Positions 15,691-23,091 of a stretch of DNA of 24,000 nucleotides are shown in pieces. The position numbers were made by a program, and so were the translations under genes. The stretch covers positions 2,323,861 to 2,347,860 of the forward strand of contig NZ_CP136709.1 in assembly GCF_032926325.1 (NCBI RefSeq). Direction: 5' to 3'. This stretch comes from Aestuariibaculum lutulentum (lineage in GTDB: Bacteria; Bacteroidota; Bacteroidia; Flavobacteriales; Flavobacteriaceae). Under the pieces are notes generated by a model. That model made no database searches. It saw only the letters and a list, made by a program, of their open reading frames with translations, and had not been told where the DNA came from. The stretch's first letter is position 1, and each line of letters begins with the position of its first letter.

Positions 15691-16701
15691 TTATCGATAA
15701 AACGCACTTTTTTTCGATAAATTACACATTAAGTCAATTATTCTTTGTGAATAACCACTCTCATTATCGTACCATCCAATAATTTTTACCATCTTACCAA
15801 TAACGGAGGTCATCCCTGAATCAAATATACAAGAATGTGTGTTACCAACAATGTCAATTGAGACAATTGGGTCTTCGGTATATTCTAAAATACCTTTGTA
15901 ATTCCCTAAAGCCGCTTCTTTAAAGGCATTGTTAACCTCTTCAATACTTACGGTTTTTTTTACGTTGAAGGTAATATCGGTTAATGAGCCGTTAATAACA
16001 GGAACGCGAATACCACAACCACCAATAACATCAGACAGTTCTGGGAATATTTTGGTTAACGCTTTGGCAGCACCTGTTGTGGTAGGTACAATAGATTGTC
16101 CTGCTGCACGTGAACGTCTTAAATCACGGTGCGGCTGGTCGTGTAAACTCTGGTCTGTAGTGTAGGAGTGTACTGTGGTAATATAGGCCTGGTCAATGCC
16201 ACAAAGTTTATTAATGATATCAATCATTGGAGCAGCATTATTCGTGGTGCAAGAGGCATTAGAAATAATGGTCTCGCTACCATCAATACTATCGTCATTA
16301 ACCCCTAAGACAATAGTTTTTATATGATCATCTAAAGGCGGAACACTTAAAACCACATGTTTTGCACCATTGTTAATATGATACTGTAGTTCCTTTTCCG
16401 TTTTAAACTTACCGGTAGATTCAACTACAAAATCAACATTAAAGGGTGTCCAGTCAATATCTTTTGGATGTTTATGGTTTAAAAGTGCAATCTTTTTTCC
16501 GTTAACAATAAAGTTATTTTCTTCAAATGAAACTGTTCCGTTAAAACCACCATGTACACTGTCATATTTAAGTAGGTGACTTAGAGTTTTAACATCAGCC
16601 AAATCGTTAATAGCAACCACCTGAACGTTTTCATAATTTTGTAATAATCTGAAAACGCGTCTGCCTATTCTACCAAATCCATTGATAGCTATGTTAATCA
16701 T
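15691..16701 (-). CDS. gap: type I glyceraldehyde-3-phosphate dehydrogenase
   Basis: 336 aa with NGFGRIGR, the catalytic SNASCTTN motif and WYDNESGYS. It starts 3 nt after the lipA stop. Confidence 0.93.
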   Translation of the reverse strand: MINIAINGFGRIGRRVFRLLQNYENVQVVAINDLADVKTLSHLLKYDSVHGGFNGTVSFEENNFIVNGKKIALLNHKHPKDIDWTPFNVDFVVESTGKFKTEKELQYHINNGAKHVVLSVPPLDDHIKTIVLGVNDDSIDGSETIISNASCTTNNAAPMIDIINKLCGIDQAYITTVHSYTTDQSLHDQPHRDLRRSRAAGQSIVPTTTGAAKALTKIFPELSDVIGGCGIRVPVINGSLTDITFNVKKTVSIEEVNNAFKEAALGNYKGILEYTEDPIVSIDIVGNTHSCIFDSGMTSVIGKMVKIIGWYDNESGYSQRIIDLMCNLSKKSAFYR

Positions 16702-16704
16702 ACC

Positions 16705-17583
16705 TTAGTTAATATGTTTTTGAGCTCTGTAAGAAGAACGTACTAGTGCACTACTTTCAACGTGACGGAAACCTAATTCTTTTCCGATCTCTTCGTATTC
16801 TTTAAACTGATCTGGCGTGATAAACTGCTGAACCGGTAAATGTTTTTTACTTGGTTGAAGATATTGACCAATAGTTACTACATCTACATCGTTGGCTTTT
16901 AAATCGTGAAGCGTTTCAATAACTTCCTCACGTGTTTCACCTAAACCTAACATGATCCCCGATTTTGTACGACGTTGTCCTTGTTGTTTTAAATACTTCA
17001 AAACGTCCATACTACGGTCGTATTGTGCCTGAATACGTACTTCACGCGTTAAACGACGTACGGTTTCAATGTTGTGGGATACCACTTCCGGAGCTACATC
17101 AATAATTCTGTCGATGTGTTGCTCGATACCTTGAAAATCTGGAATAAGGGTTTCTAAAGTGGTTTCTGGGTTCATTCGGCGAACAGCCTTAACGGTTTCG
17201 GCCCACATAATGCTTCCCATATCTTTTAAATCGTCACGATCAACACTGGTTAAAACAGCGTGTTTAATGTTCATAATTTTTATAGAACGCGCTACTTTTT
17301 CTGGCTCATCCCAGTCTACCGTTTCTGGTCTCCCGGTTTTTACACCACAGAAACCACATGAACGTGTACAAACATTACCTAAAATCATGAAGGTAGCAGT
17401 ACCTTCTCCCCAGCATTCACCCATATTCGGGCAACTTCCCGAAGTACAAATAGTATTCAATTTATACTTATCAACAAGTCCTCGTAATTCGGTGTATTTT
17501 TTTCCAGTTGGAAGTTTAACGCGTAACCATTTCGGTTTTGGTTTTCTTTCCGGTAATATATTTGAAGTGCTTTCTGTATTCAT
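16705..17583 (-). CDS. lipA: lipoyl synthase
   Basis: Auxiliary cluster motif [12 protein letters not shown] and radical-SAM motif [11 protein letters not shown] at 17583 (MNTESTS) is preferred over the TTG at 17610 because a perfect -7 box lies at 17600-17607. Confidence 0.95.
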   Translation of the reverse strand: MNTESTSNILPERKPKPKWLRVKLPTGKKYTELRGLVDKYKLNTICTSGSCPNMGECWGEGTATFMILGNVCTRSCGFCGVKTGRPETVDWDEPEKVARSIKIMNIKHAVLTSVDRDDLKDMGSIMWAETVKAVRRMNPETTLETLIPDFQGIEQHIDRIIDVAPEVVSHNIETVRRLTREVRIQAQYDRSMDVLKYLKQQGQRRTKSGIMLGLGETREEVIETLHDLKANDVDVVTIGQYLQPSKKHLPVQQFITPDQFKEYEEIGKELGFRHVESSALVRSSYRAQKHIN

Positions 17584-17599
17584 ATTGAAAAATAAAGCA

Positions 17600-17607
17600 C
17601 AAAGATA
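17600..17607 (-). promoter_or_regulatory. -7 box (TATCTTTG) for lipA-gap
   Basis: Perfect TAnnTTTG on the minus strand, 16 nt upstream of ATG 17583. Confidence 0.5.
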
Positions 17608-17630
17608 CAAAGTATTCTTTTAAAATGCGG

Positions 17631-18875
17631 CTATAATGTTCTTAGATACCAAATGCTGAAGCTTATAAGAAAGATGATTCCCAGCCAACTTAAAACATGT
17701 AATTTTTTAGAAGGTCGCCAGGGTTCTGGTGTGTGTTTACTGGAAATTAAAATATAATTGATAATCGCAAAAAAAGGAGCAGTTATGAACGAAAGAATAG
17801 TTGCCAGTTGGATAAGTATACCCATTTCTGAAGCTAAAAAGAAAAAAATATAAATAGATCCAATGGTTAATAGGCTAATCCAAAAGGTGTAGTTTAATTT
17901 GGTTTCTTTTTTAAAAAGAAGTTGTGTCGCCTTAGCCATGGCTCTTGGTGAGGCATCAAGCGTGGTTAATGTGGTGCTAAACATGGTTGTAAATGCAGCA
18001 ACTCCAATAATTACATAAGCCCAGTTGCCTAAATTTTTAGTATACATACTAATAAGTTGTCCTGAAAATACACTTGCCGACGGACTGAAACTTTCACCAC
18101 TTTTGTACATGACTAAAGTACCTAAGAGTAAAAAGCCAATGCCAATAATTATTGTGCTTAAATAGCCGATGTTGAAGTCGAAAAGTGATTTTTCCGGTGT
18201 GTATTGTTTGGTATCTTCGTTTTTTTGAACTGCCCAGAGCGATTGCCAAACTGATACGTCTAAAGGAGCAGGCATCCATCCCATAAAGGCAATAAGAAAG
18301 GCTATGTCTAAACTGTTGTTAGGGATAATTTGAGCAAAGGAAACAGGTTGTTGTGTGTTGGAAAGTGCAATGAAAACTGCTGCAAAAGTACTGATGGTTA
18401 AAGTAATTACAATAACTTTCATTAATCTGTCTAACAGTTTGTATTTACCAATAGTAAGTAACGTAACACAAATTAATAGAATAACTAACGTCCAGATTTC
18501 GGTACTGGAAATTATTTTATCTCCAATGCTGAAACTTCCAAAATTTCCAAACAAATTAGCTGCCAATCCCGCGGTAACAATGGTTACTGCAGCTTGGATG
18601 GTGAACATGGTGGCAAGATTAAGGATGTAATAAATAGTTAAAACACCTTTGCCTAGTTTTTTGTAACCATCTAATAAGCTTTCGCCGGTAGCGGTGGCGT
18701 AGCGTGGTCCGAACTGAAAAAATGGATATTTACAGAGGTTGACTAACAATAAAGCCCAAAGTAGTCCCATGCCAAAATCGGCCCCAGCTCGGGTTGATTG
18801 TACTAAATGAGAAACGCCTATTGCTGCACCGGCAAATAATAATCCAGGACCTAGATTTTTAAGCTTCGAAATCAT
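17631..18875 (-). CDS. Nramp (SLC11)-fold membrane transporter, divergent clade lacking the DPGN motif
   Basis: 414 aa and polytopic. The N-terminus LGPGLLFAGAAIGVSHLVQSTRAGADFGMGLLWALLL aligns without gaps, by eye, to the Nramp TM1 consensus (LGPGFL....MDPGN....AGA.FGY.LLW). A TM6-like MGWMPAP block is present. Confidence 0.8.
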   Translation of the reverse strand: MISKLKNLGPGLLFAGAAIGVSHLVQSTRAGADFGMGLLWALLLVNLCKYPFFQFGPRYATATGESLLDGYKKLGKGVLTIYYILNLATMFTIQAAVTIVTAGLAANLFGNFGSFSIGDKIISSTEIWTLVILLICVTLLTIGKYKLLDRLMKVIVITLTISTFAAVFIALSNTQQPVSFAQIIPNNSLDIAFLIAFMGWMPAPLDVSVWQSLWAVQKNEDTKQYTPEKSLFDFNIGYLSTIIIGIGFLLLGTLVMYKSGESFSPSASVFSGQLISMYTKNLGNWAYVIIGVAAFTTMFSTTLTTLDASPRAMAKATQLLFKKETKLNYTFWISLLTIGSIYIFFFLASEMGILIQLATILSFITAPFFAIINYILISSKHTPEPWRPSKKLHVLSWLGIIFLISFSIWYLRTL

Positions 18876-18878
18876 TTT

Positions 18879-19424
18879 TTATTTTGACTGAATAATTTCA
18901 GCCAATAGCTTTTTCGCCCGAAGTAGTTTCACTTTTACGTTGTTTATTGGTTCTTTAAGCTGAACGCAAATTTCCTTGTAGCTTAATTCCTGAAAGTAAC
19001 GCATGTTTATAATTTCCTGATAATGAGGTTTCAGTTTTTTTATGTCACGAAGTAGTTTAGCTAAATGCTGATCCGTAATGAGTTTATCTTCAGGAGTAGG
19101 GGATTCATCTAAAATTTGATACACCGATTTGTCGTCATTCGACATAACTTGTGAAATGGAATTTTTTTCCTTCCGAAGTAAATCGATGTGAATATTTTTA
19201 GAAATGGTAATGAGCCAGGTCTTGAATTTGTAATTATCATCAAAGGTTTCAATGCGATCGAAAGCTCGTGAAAATGTCTGAATGGTAATATCTTCAGCAT
19301 CATTTTCATTTTGAATACGCTTTAATTGAAAACCATAAACATCATCCCAAAAGGTATCTAATAAAAAATTAAATGCTTTTTGGTCGTTTTCCTTAGCACG
19401 TGCAATGGCTTCCTTTATTTCCAA
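18879..19424 (-). CDS. sigma-70 family (ECF-like, regions 2 and 4) RNA polymerase sigma factor
   Basis: 181 aa. Region 2 (DAEDITIQTFSRAF...FKTWLITISKNIHIDLLRKEK) and region 4 (YQEIINMRYFQELSYKEICVQLKEPINNVKVKLLRAKKLL) are recognisable. The start must be TTG at 19424: an in-frame TAA lies two codons upstream and no ATG or GTG occurs before about residue 94. Confidence 0.85.
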   Translation of the reverse strand: MEIKEAIARAKENDQKAFNFLLDTFWDDVYGFQLKRIQNENDAEDITIQTFSRAFDRIETFDDNYKFKTWLITISKNIHIDLLRKEKNSISQVMSNDDKSVYQILDESPTPEDKLITDQHLAKLLRDIKKLKPHYQEIINMRYFQELSYKEICVQLKEPINNVKVKLLRAKKLLAEIIQSK

Positions 19425-20527
19425 TGGTTAGGTTTTGATGTAAGATTTTTTATAAAGATAACCAATTGCACACTAATTAAAAAGATTTCTAACAAAGGAA
19501 GTAGTACTAAAAGATCGCTTTCATTTAGTTTTTTTGCTGAAGATCCGTAAACAGCATATTGAACGATAAACCGGAAAACAATTAATCCAACAACAAATGG
19601 CCACATGTAAGTCGTTATTGAAAGAGCAATAGCTAAAATCCAGAATAAAACCTGACAAAAGTATAATAGAGCTAAGCTTAACTTATGGTTTAATTTATAG
19701 TGTTTTGCCGTTGAAATATGACGACGTTTTTGTCTAATCCAAGCGCTCCATTTCGTTTTCGGTGTAGATTCTGTAAAGCTATCAGCTGAAAAGCAAATCG
19801 CTGTATTGCTTTTTGTCGCTACTTGATTTACGAATAGATCATCATCGCCCGAGCGCACTTTCATGTGTTTAATAAATCCGTTGGCTTTAAAAAACTCCTT
19901 TTTTGTGTAGGCAAGATTTCTACCTACTCCCATATATGGATTCCCGAGTTTGGCAAACGAAAAGTAATTAACGGCCGTTAGTAAGGTTTCGAAGCGGATG
20001 AGTTTGTTTAAAAATGAATTTTTAATCTTGCTGTAAGCACCATATCCTAGAATAATACTTTTTCTGTCAGAGAAATGGGATGTCATTTCCTGAATCCAGT
20101 ATTTAGAAAGCACTTTGCAATCGGCGTCGGTAAACAGTAGATATTCGTGACTTGATGCTTTAATGCCTAAGGTTAATGCATATTTTTTATTTCCCCAGAA
20201 GGCTTCGTTGTTTTTTACATCAACAATTTTAATGTTGCTATACTGACTTTTGAAATCTTCCATAACGTCAAGCGTATCATCACTGGAAGCATCATTAATC
20301 AGAACAATTTCGAATTCAGGATAATTTTGTGAAATGATAGAAGGCAGAAACGTTTTTAAATTTTCAGCTTCATTTTTAGCACAAACAATTACCGAAACGG
20401 GAAGGTTTTGAGTACGTTTTTTTTTAGGTTTTAAATAGGCGAATTTGCCAAAAACAACTAAATATATAATAACTTGAATAACAACTACAACAGCAAATGT
20501 GTAGAACACAAAATCAAGTATACTCAT
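19415..20527 (-). CDS. membrane-embedded family 2 glycosyltransferase
   Basis: 370 aa. It has an N-terminal TM, a GT-A core (VSVIVCAKNEA, LINDASSDDT, FTDADC, RSGDDDL), a QxxRW-like IRQKRRH motif and C-terminal TM helices. Confidence 0.88.
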   Translation of the reverse strand: MSILDFVFYTFAVVVVIQVIIYLVVFGKFAYLKPKKKRTQNLPVSVIVCAKNEAENLKTFLPSIISQNYPEFEIVLINDASSDDTLDVMEDFKSQYSNIKIVDVKNNEAFWGNKKYALTLGIKASSHEYLLFTDADCKVLSKYWIQEMTSHFSDRKSIILGYGAYSKIKNSFLNKLIRFETLLTAVNYFSFAKLGNPYMGVGRNLAYTKKEFFKANGFIKHMKVRSGDDDLFVNQVATKSNTAICFSADSFTESTPKTKWSAWIRQKRRHISTAKHYKLNHKLSLALLYFCQVLFWILAIALSITTYMWPFVVGLIVFRFIVQYAVYGSSAKKLNESDLLVLLPLLEIFLISVQLVIFIKNLTSKPNHWK

Positions 20528-20533
20528 ATAAAA

Positions 20534-20737
20534 TTATGAGTGTTGAGGTTCGTTACAAGTATCAAATTGATCAGGCGTTTTTCCGCAAAAACCACAAGCC
20601 TGCCCATCTTTATTTAACATTGGGTTTTGGCTGGCACATGTTCCGGCAAATTTACCGTCTTTTTTAGCCCAAATTTTAATGGCTATACCTGCGACACCTA
20701 ATCCTAGCAATGCTAATGTTAATAATACAAGTTTCAT
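20534..20737 (-). CDS. small single-pass membrane (or secreted) protein with 4-Cys C-terminal tail
   Basis: 67 aa with ATG start. The hydrophobic N-terminus (LVLLTLALLGLGVAGIAI) is followed by KIWAKKDGK, then C34-x13-C48-x2-C51-x9-C61. It ends 6 nt upstream of the GT2 start, and a perfect -7 box lies 16 nt upstream of its ATG. I recognise no family. Confidence 0.6.
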   Translation of the reverse strand: MKLVLLTLALLGLGVAGIAIKIWAKKDGKFAGTCASQNPMLNKDGQACGFCGKTPDQFDTCNEPQHS

Positions 20738-20753
20738 GTGAAAATATTTTATG

Positions 20754-20761
20754 CAAAGATA
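20754..20761 (-). promoter_or_regulatory. -7 box (TATCTTTG) for the small Cys-rich protein / GT2 / sigma string
   Basis: Perfect TAnnTTTG on the minus strand, 16 nt upstream of ATG 20737. A second perfect match (TAAATTTG, 20811-20818) lies further upstream. Confidence 0.5.
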
Positions 20762-20886
20762 ATGCTTTTTGAATAGAATTGGAATAGACGATTAAAAGAT
20801 AGTGTGTCTTCAAATTTAAATTTTGGACTACATGGCGTTGTAAAAATTCTTATCTTTAGGTAGTTAACCTTTAAATTATTTAATTC

Positions 20887-21612
20887 ATGAAAAAATTATT
20901 TGCAGAATTTTTTGGAACATTTTGGCTTGTTTTCGGAGGATGCGGTAGTGCAATTTTTGCATCACAAATAGCTCCGGCCGACTCTGGTCAGGTAGGCATA
21001 CTTTTAGTAGGTGTGGCTTTAGCATTTGGTCTAACGGTTTTAACAATGGCTTATGCGGTAGGTCATATTTCTGGTGGACATTTTAATCCGGCAGTCACAC
21101 TTGGTTTGTTATCAGGAGGTAGGCATTCTGCAAAAGAAGCTGTTCCTTATATTGTATCGCAGTGTATAGGAGCTATTGCAGCGGCTGCAGCAATATATTT
21201 TATAAATGGAGGAACAGGGGGGGATGCTCCGGGAGCATTTGCAACTAATTTTTACGATCATGCCGTTTATTTTGGTAAAAGTTATAGTATGGGAGCTGCT
21301 TTTTTAACAGAGTTTTTGTTAACCATGTTTTTCTTAATTATCATTATGGGCACAACCGATAAATTTGCTAATGGCAAATTTGCGGGTATAGCCATAGGTT
21401 TGGCATTAACTTTAATTCATTTAATTTCTATTCCTATAACAAACACATCTGTAAATCCTGCTCGTTCGTTATCACAGGCTGTATTTGTCGGGGGAGATGC
21501 CTTAGCGCAGTTATGGTTATTTTGGGTAGCACCTATTTTAGGAGCCATAGTGGGAGGTTTAATATATAAAAATCTTTTAGAAAGCCCAGAAAAGGAAGAA
21601 TTGGATAGCTAA
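20887..21612 (+). CDS. aqpZ: aquaporin Z
   Basis: 241 aa. Both NPA boxes are present ([14 protein letters not shown]). The N-terminus [20 protein letters not shown] is typical of AqpZ. Confidence 0.93.
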   Translation: MKKLFAEFFGTFWLVFGGCGSAIFASQIAPADSGQVGILLVGVALAFGLTVLTMAYAVGHISGGHFNPAVTLGLLSGGRHSAKEAVPYIVSQCIGAIAAAAAIYFINGGTGGDAPGAFATNFYDHAVYFGKSYSMGAAFLTEFLLTMFFLIIIMGTTDKFANGKFAGIAIGLALTLIHLISIPITNTSVNPARSLSQAVFVGGDALAQLWLFWVAPILGAIVGGLIYKNLLESPEKEELDS

Positions 21613-21631
21613 ATTAGATAAGAATACAAAT

Positions 21632-21669
21632 AAAAAAAAAGCCTAATTAAGTTAATTAGGCTTTTTTTT
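21632..21669. terminator. bidirectional rho-independent terminator between aqpZ and the anti-sigma gene
   Basis: The palindrome gcctaattaa/ttaattaggc (21641-21661) is flanked by A9 (21632-21640) and T8 (21662-21669). It sits between convergent genes ending at 21612 and 21695. Confidence 0.8.
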
Positions 21670-21694
21670 ATGTTATAAATAGTGTTCTATTAAT

Positions 21695-22483
21695 CTATTG
21701 TAAATCTATTTCTGCAACCGAATTATCTAGAGAGGCTGTTGTGTTTCCTCCTTTAGGCTCTATGGTAATATTTAATCCCAGAGCGTTTTCGGTATAAGGT
21801 ATTTTTCTAAGTTGTCTGTCAGTTTCATTTAAAATGCCTAAGCTTACCATTTTGTCTTGTAACTCTGCCCAGATTTGATAGCATTGTTCTTCGGGTAGCT
21901 GAGGTAACGAAACCACATCAATCATCGATGTTTTATCTTTTGGATTGATATAAGCAACTGTTTTTAAGTTTTTAGCACGATTGTTACCCTGCATAATGTA
22001 TTTATACGTTTCAGGGTCGTTAAGCTGTTTAAATTGCTGCATTAAATCGTCTAACCTTTTGTTGTTCATTTGAATATCGTTTCGTAAGTCGAAAATTTCG
22101 TCAACAACAACCTGATTTTCATGATTTAATTTTTTATTCTGGTTATAGAAAATATACGAGGTACCTGCAAACAGTAAGGCAGCAACACTGGCAGCAATAC
22201 TGTATTTGTACCAAGATTTGTAATTTCTAGTAGGTTTCATCGCCACAACAGGTGTGTCGTCAAGTTCATCTAAAATGCTGTTTAAGATGCTTACAGGGGC
22301 TTCTACAGCATGACTTTTGGCTACAATTTCTAAATTGTTTTGTAGCTCGTTGTATGCATTTTCAACTTCTGGATATTTCGAAATATAGGTTTCAACCATT
22401 TCTGTTTCGGCAACAGTAGTTTCACCTAAAAGATATTTTTCTAATAGGCCAGAATTTAAAAAAGTAGTTATTTTCGCATTCAT
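21695..22483 (-). CDS. anti-sigma factor, RskA-like (single-pass membrane)
   Basis: 262 aa, starting 11 nt downstream of the ECF sigma gene. It has an N-terminal anti-sigma-like helix region, one TM (YSIAASVAALLFAGTSYIFY) and a C-terminal YQIWA...ITIEPKGG block resembling the RskA extracytoplasmic domain. Confidence 0.75.
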   Translation of the reverse strand: MNAKITTFLNSGLLEKYLLGETTVAETEMVETYISKYPEVENAYNELQNNLEIVAKSHAVEAPVSILNSILDELDDTPVVAMKPTRNYKSWYKYSIAASVAALLFAGTSYIFYNQNKKLNHENQVVVDEIFDLRNDIQMNNKRLDDLMQQFKQLNDPETYKYIMQGNNRAKNLKTVAYINPKDKTSMIDVVSLPQLPEEQCYQIWAELQDKMVSLGILNETDRQLRKIPYTENALGLNITIEPKGGNTTASLDNSVAEIDLQ

Positions 22484-22494
22484 GACTTTTTAAG

Positions 22495-23025
22495 TTAAGG
22501 ATTATAAATCTTTTTCAATTCTCGTAATCCAATTTTTAATCTCGATTTTATAGTACCCAGCGGAATATCTAATTCTTCACTGGCTTCTTGCTGCGTCATG
22601 CCCTCAAAAAAGAGTGCATTTAATACGATCTGATATTTTTCATCTAAACTACTTAGATGTTTTTTTATATCTAAAACATCCTGATTTAACTCTGATGCTG
22701 ATAACTTATATACGTATGTGGCTTCTATTTGGACTTCGTTTCCATCTTTATTTTTTAAAGATCGAACTTTGTCAATTGCTGTGTTATAGGCAATTCGATA
22801 TAACCAGGTAAAAAGCTTGGCTTTACTGGCATCGTATTTTTTTGAATAGCGCCATATTTTTACAAAGCTTTCCTGAAGCACATCCTGGGCAGTATCATCG
22901 TCTGATATTATTTTTTTAATAACACCAAATAAAGAATCTGCATAGTTCTCATATAGAAGGGATATGGCTTTCTTATCGCCACGTTCCAGCAGATTAACAA
23001 TTTCTTTTTCTATAGATGATATCAA
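22495..23025 (-). CDS. ECF-type RNA polymerase sigma factor
   Basis: 176 aa. Region 2 (DTAQDVLQESFVKIWRY...LFTWLYRIAYNTAIDKVR) and region 4 (EKYQIVLNALFFEGMTQQEASEELDIPLGTIKSRLKIGLRELK) are recognisable. The only plausible start is TTG at 23025: an in-frame stop lies 13 codons upstream with no ATG or GTG in between. Confidence 0.88.
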   Translation of the reverse strand: MISSIEKEIVNLLERGDKKAISLLYENYADSLFGVIKKIISDDDTAQDVLQESFVKIWRYSKKYDASKAKLFTWLYRIAYNTAIDKVRSLKNKDGNEVQIEATYVYKLSASELNQDVLDIKKHLSSLDEKYQIVLNALFFEGMTQQEASEELDIPLGTIKSRLKIGLRELKKIYNP

Positions 23026-23068
23026 CTTTTTAGGTTTTAAAGTGAATAATTTGGGGGCAAATTACCGC

Positions 23069-23076
23069 CAAAGGTA
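23069..23076 (-). promoter_or_regulatory. -7 box (TACCTTTG) for the ECF sigma / anti-sigma operon
   Basis: Perfect TAnnTTTG on the minus strand, 43 nt upstream of the TTG start at 23025. No clear -33 TTG is present. Confidence 0.4.
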
Positions 23077-23091
23077 GAAATTTCTTTTGTA

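Noticed and set aside
17159-17623. 154-aa plus-strand ORF, the longest unexplained ORF in the track
   Set aside because: It lies entirely antisense to lipA, whose radical-SAM and auxiliary-cluster motifs are unmistakable. Its translation is low-complexity (Ser/Phe/Leu/Val rich) with no recognisable motif. This is a typical shadow ORF of an AT-rich gene.
20417-20425. A9 tract (T9 on the plus strand) in the GT2 coding sequence encoding KKK, a possible slippage site
   Set aside because: Poly-A/T runs encoding Lys are common in AT-rich genomes and occur elsewhere in this window (for example in kmo near 4925). Nothing suggests a frameshifted alternative product.
20851-20858. TATCTTTA upstream of aqpZ, and AAATTTTG (7333-7340) upstream of the first methyltransferase, as plus-strand promoters
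   Set aside because: Each has one mismatch to TAnnTTTG and no convincing -33 element. They are plausible but not supportable as features from sequence alone.
10920-22811. Other short overlapping ORFs (10920-11183, 11465-11656, 11677-11862, 11991-12224, 13554-13841, 14089-14277, 14616-14810, 15929-16165, 18094-18279, 18355-18630, 19109-19309, 22614-22811)
   Set aside because: These are antisense or alternate-frame ORFs wholly inside well-supported genes. They have no conserved-looking features and are treated as spurious.
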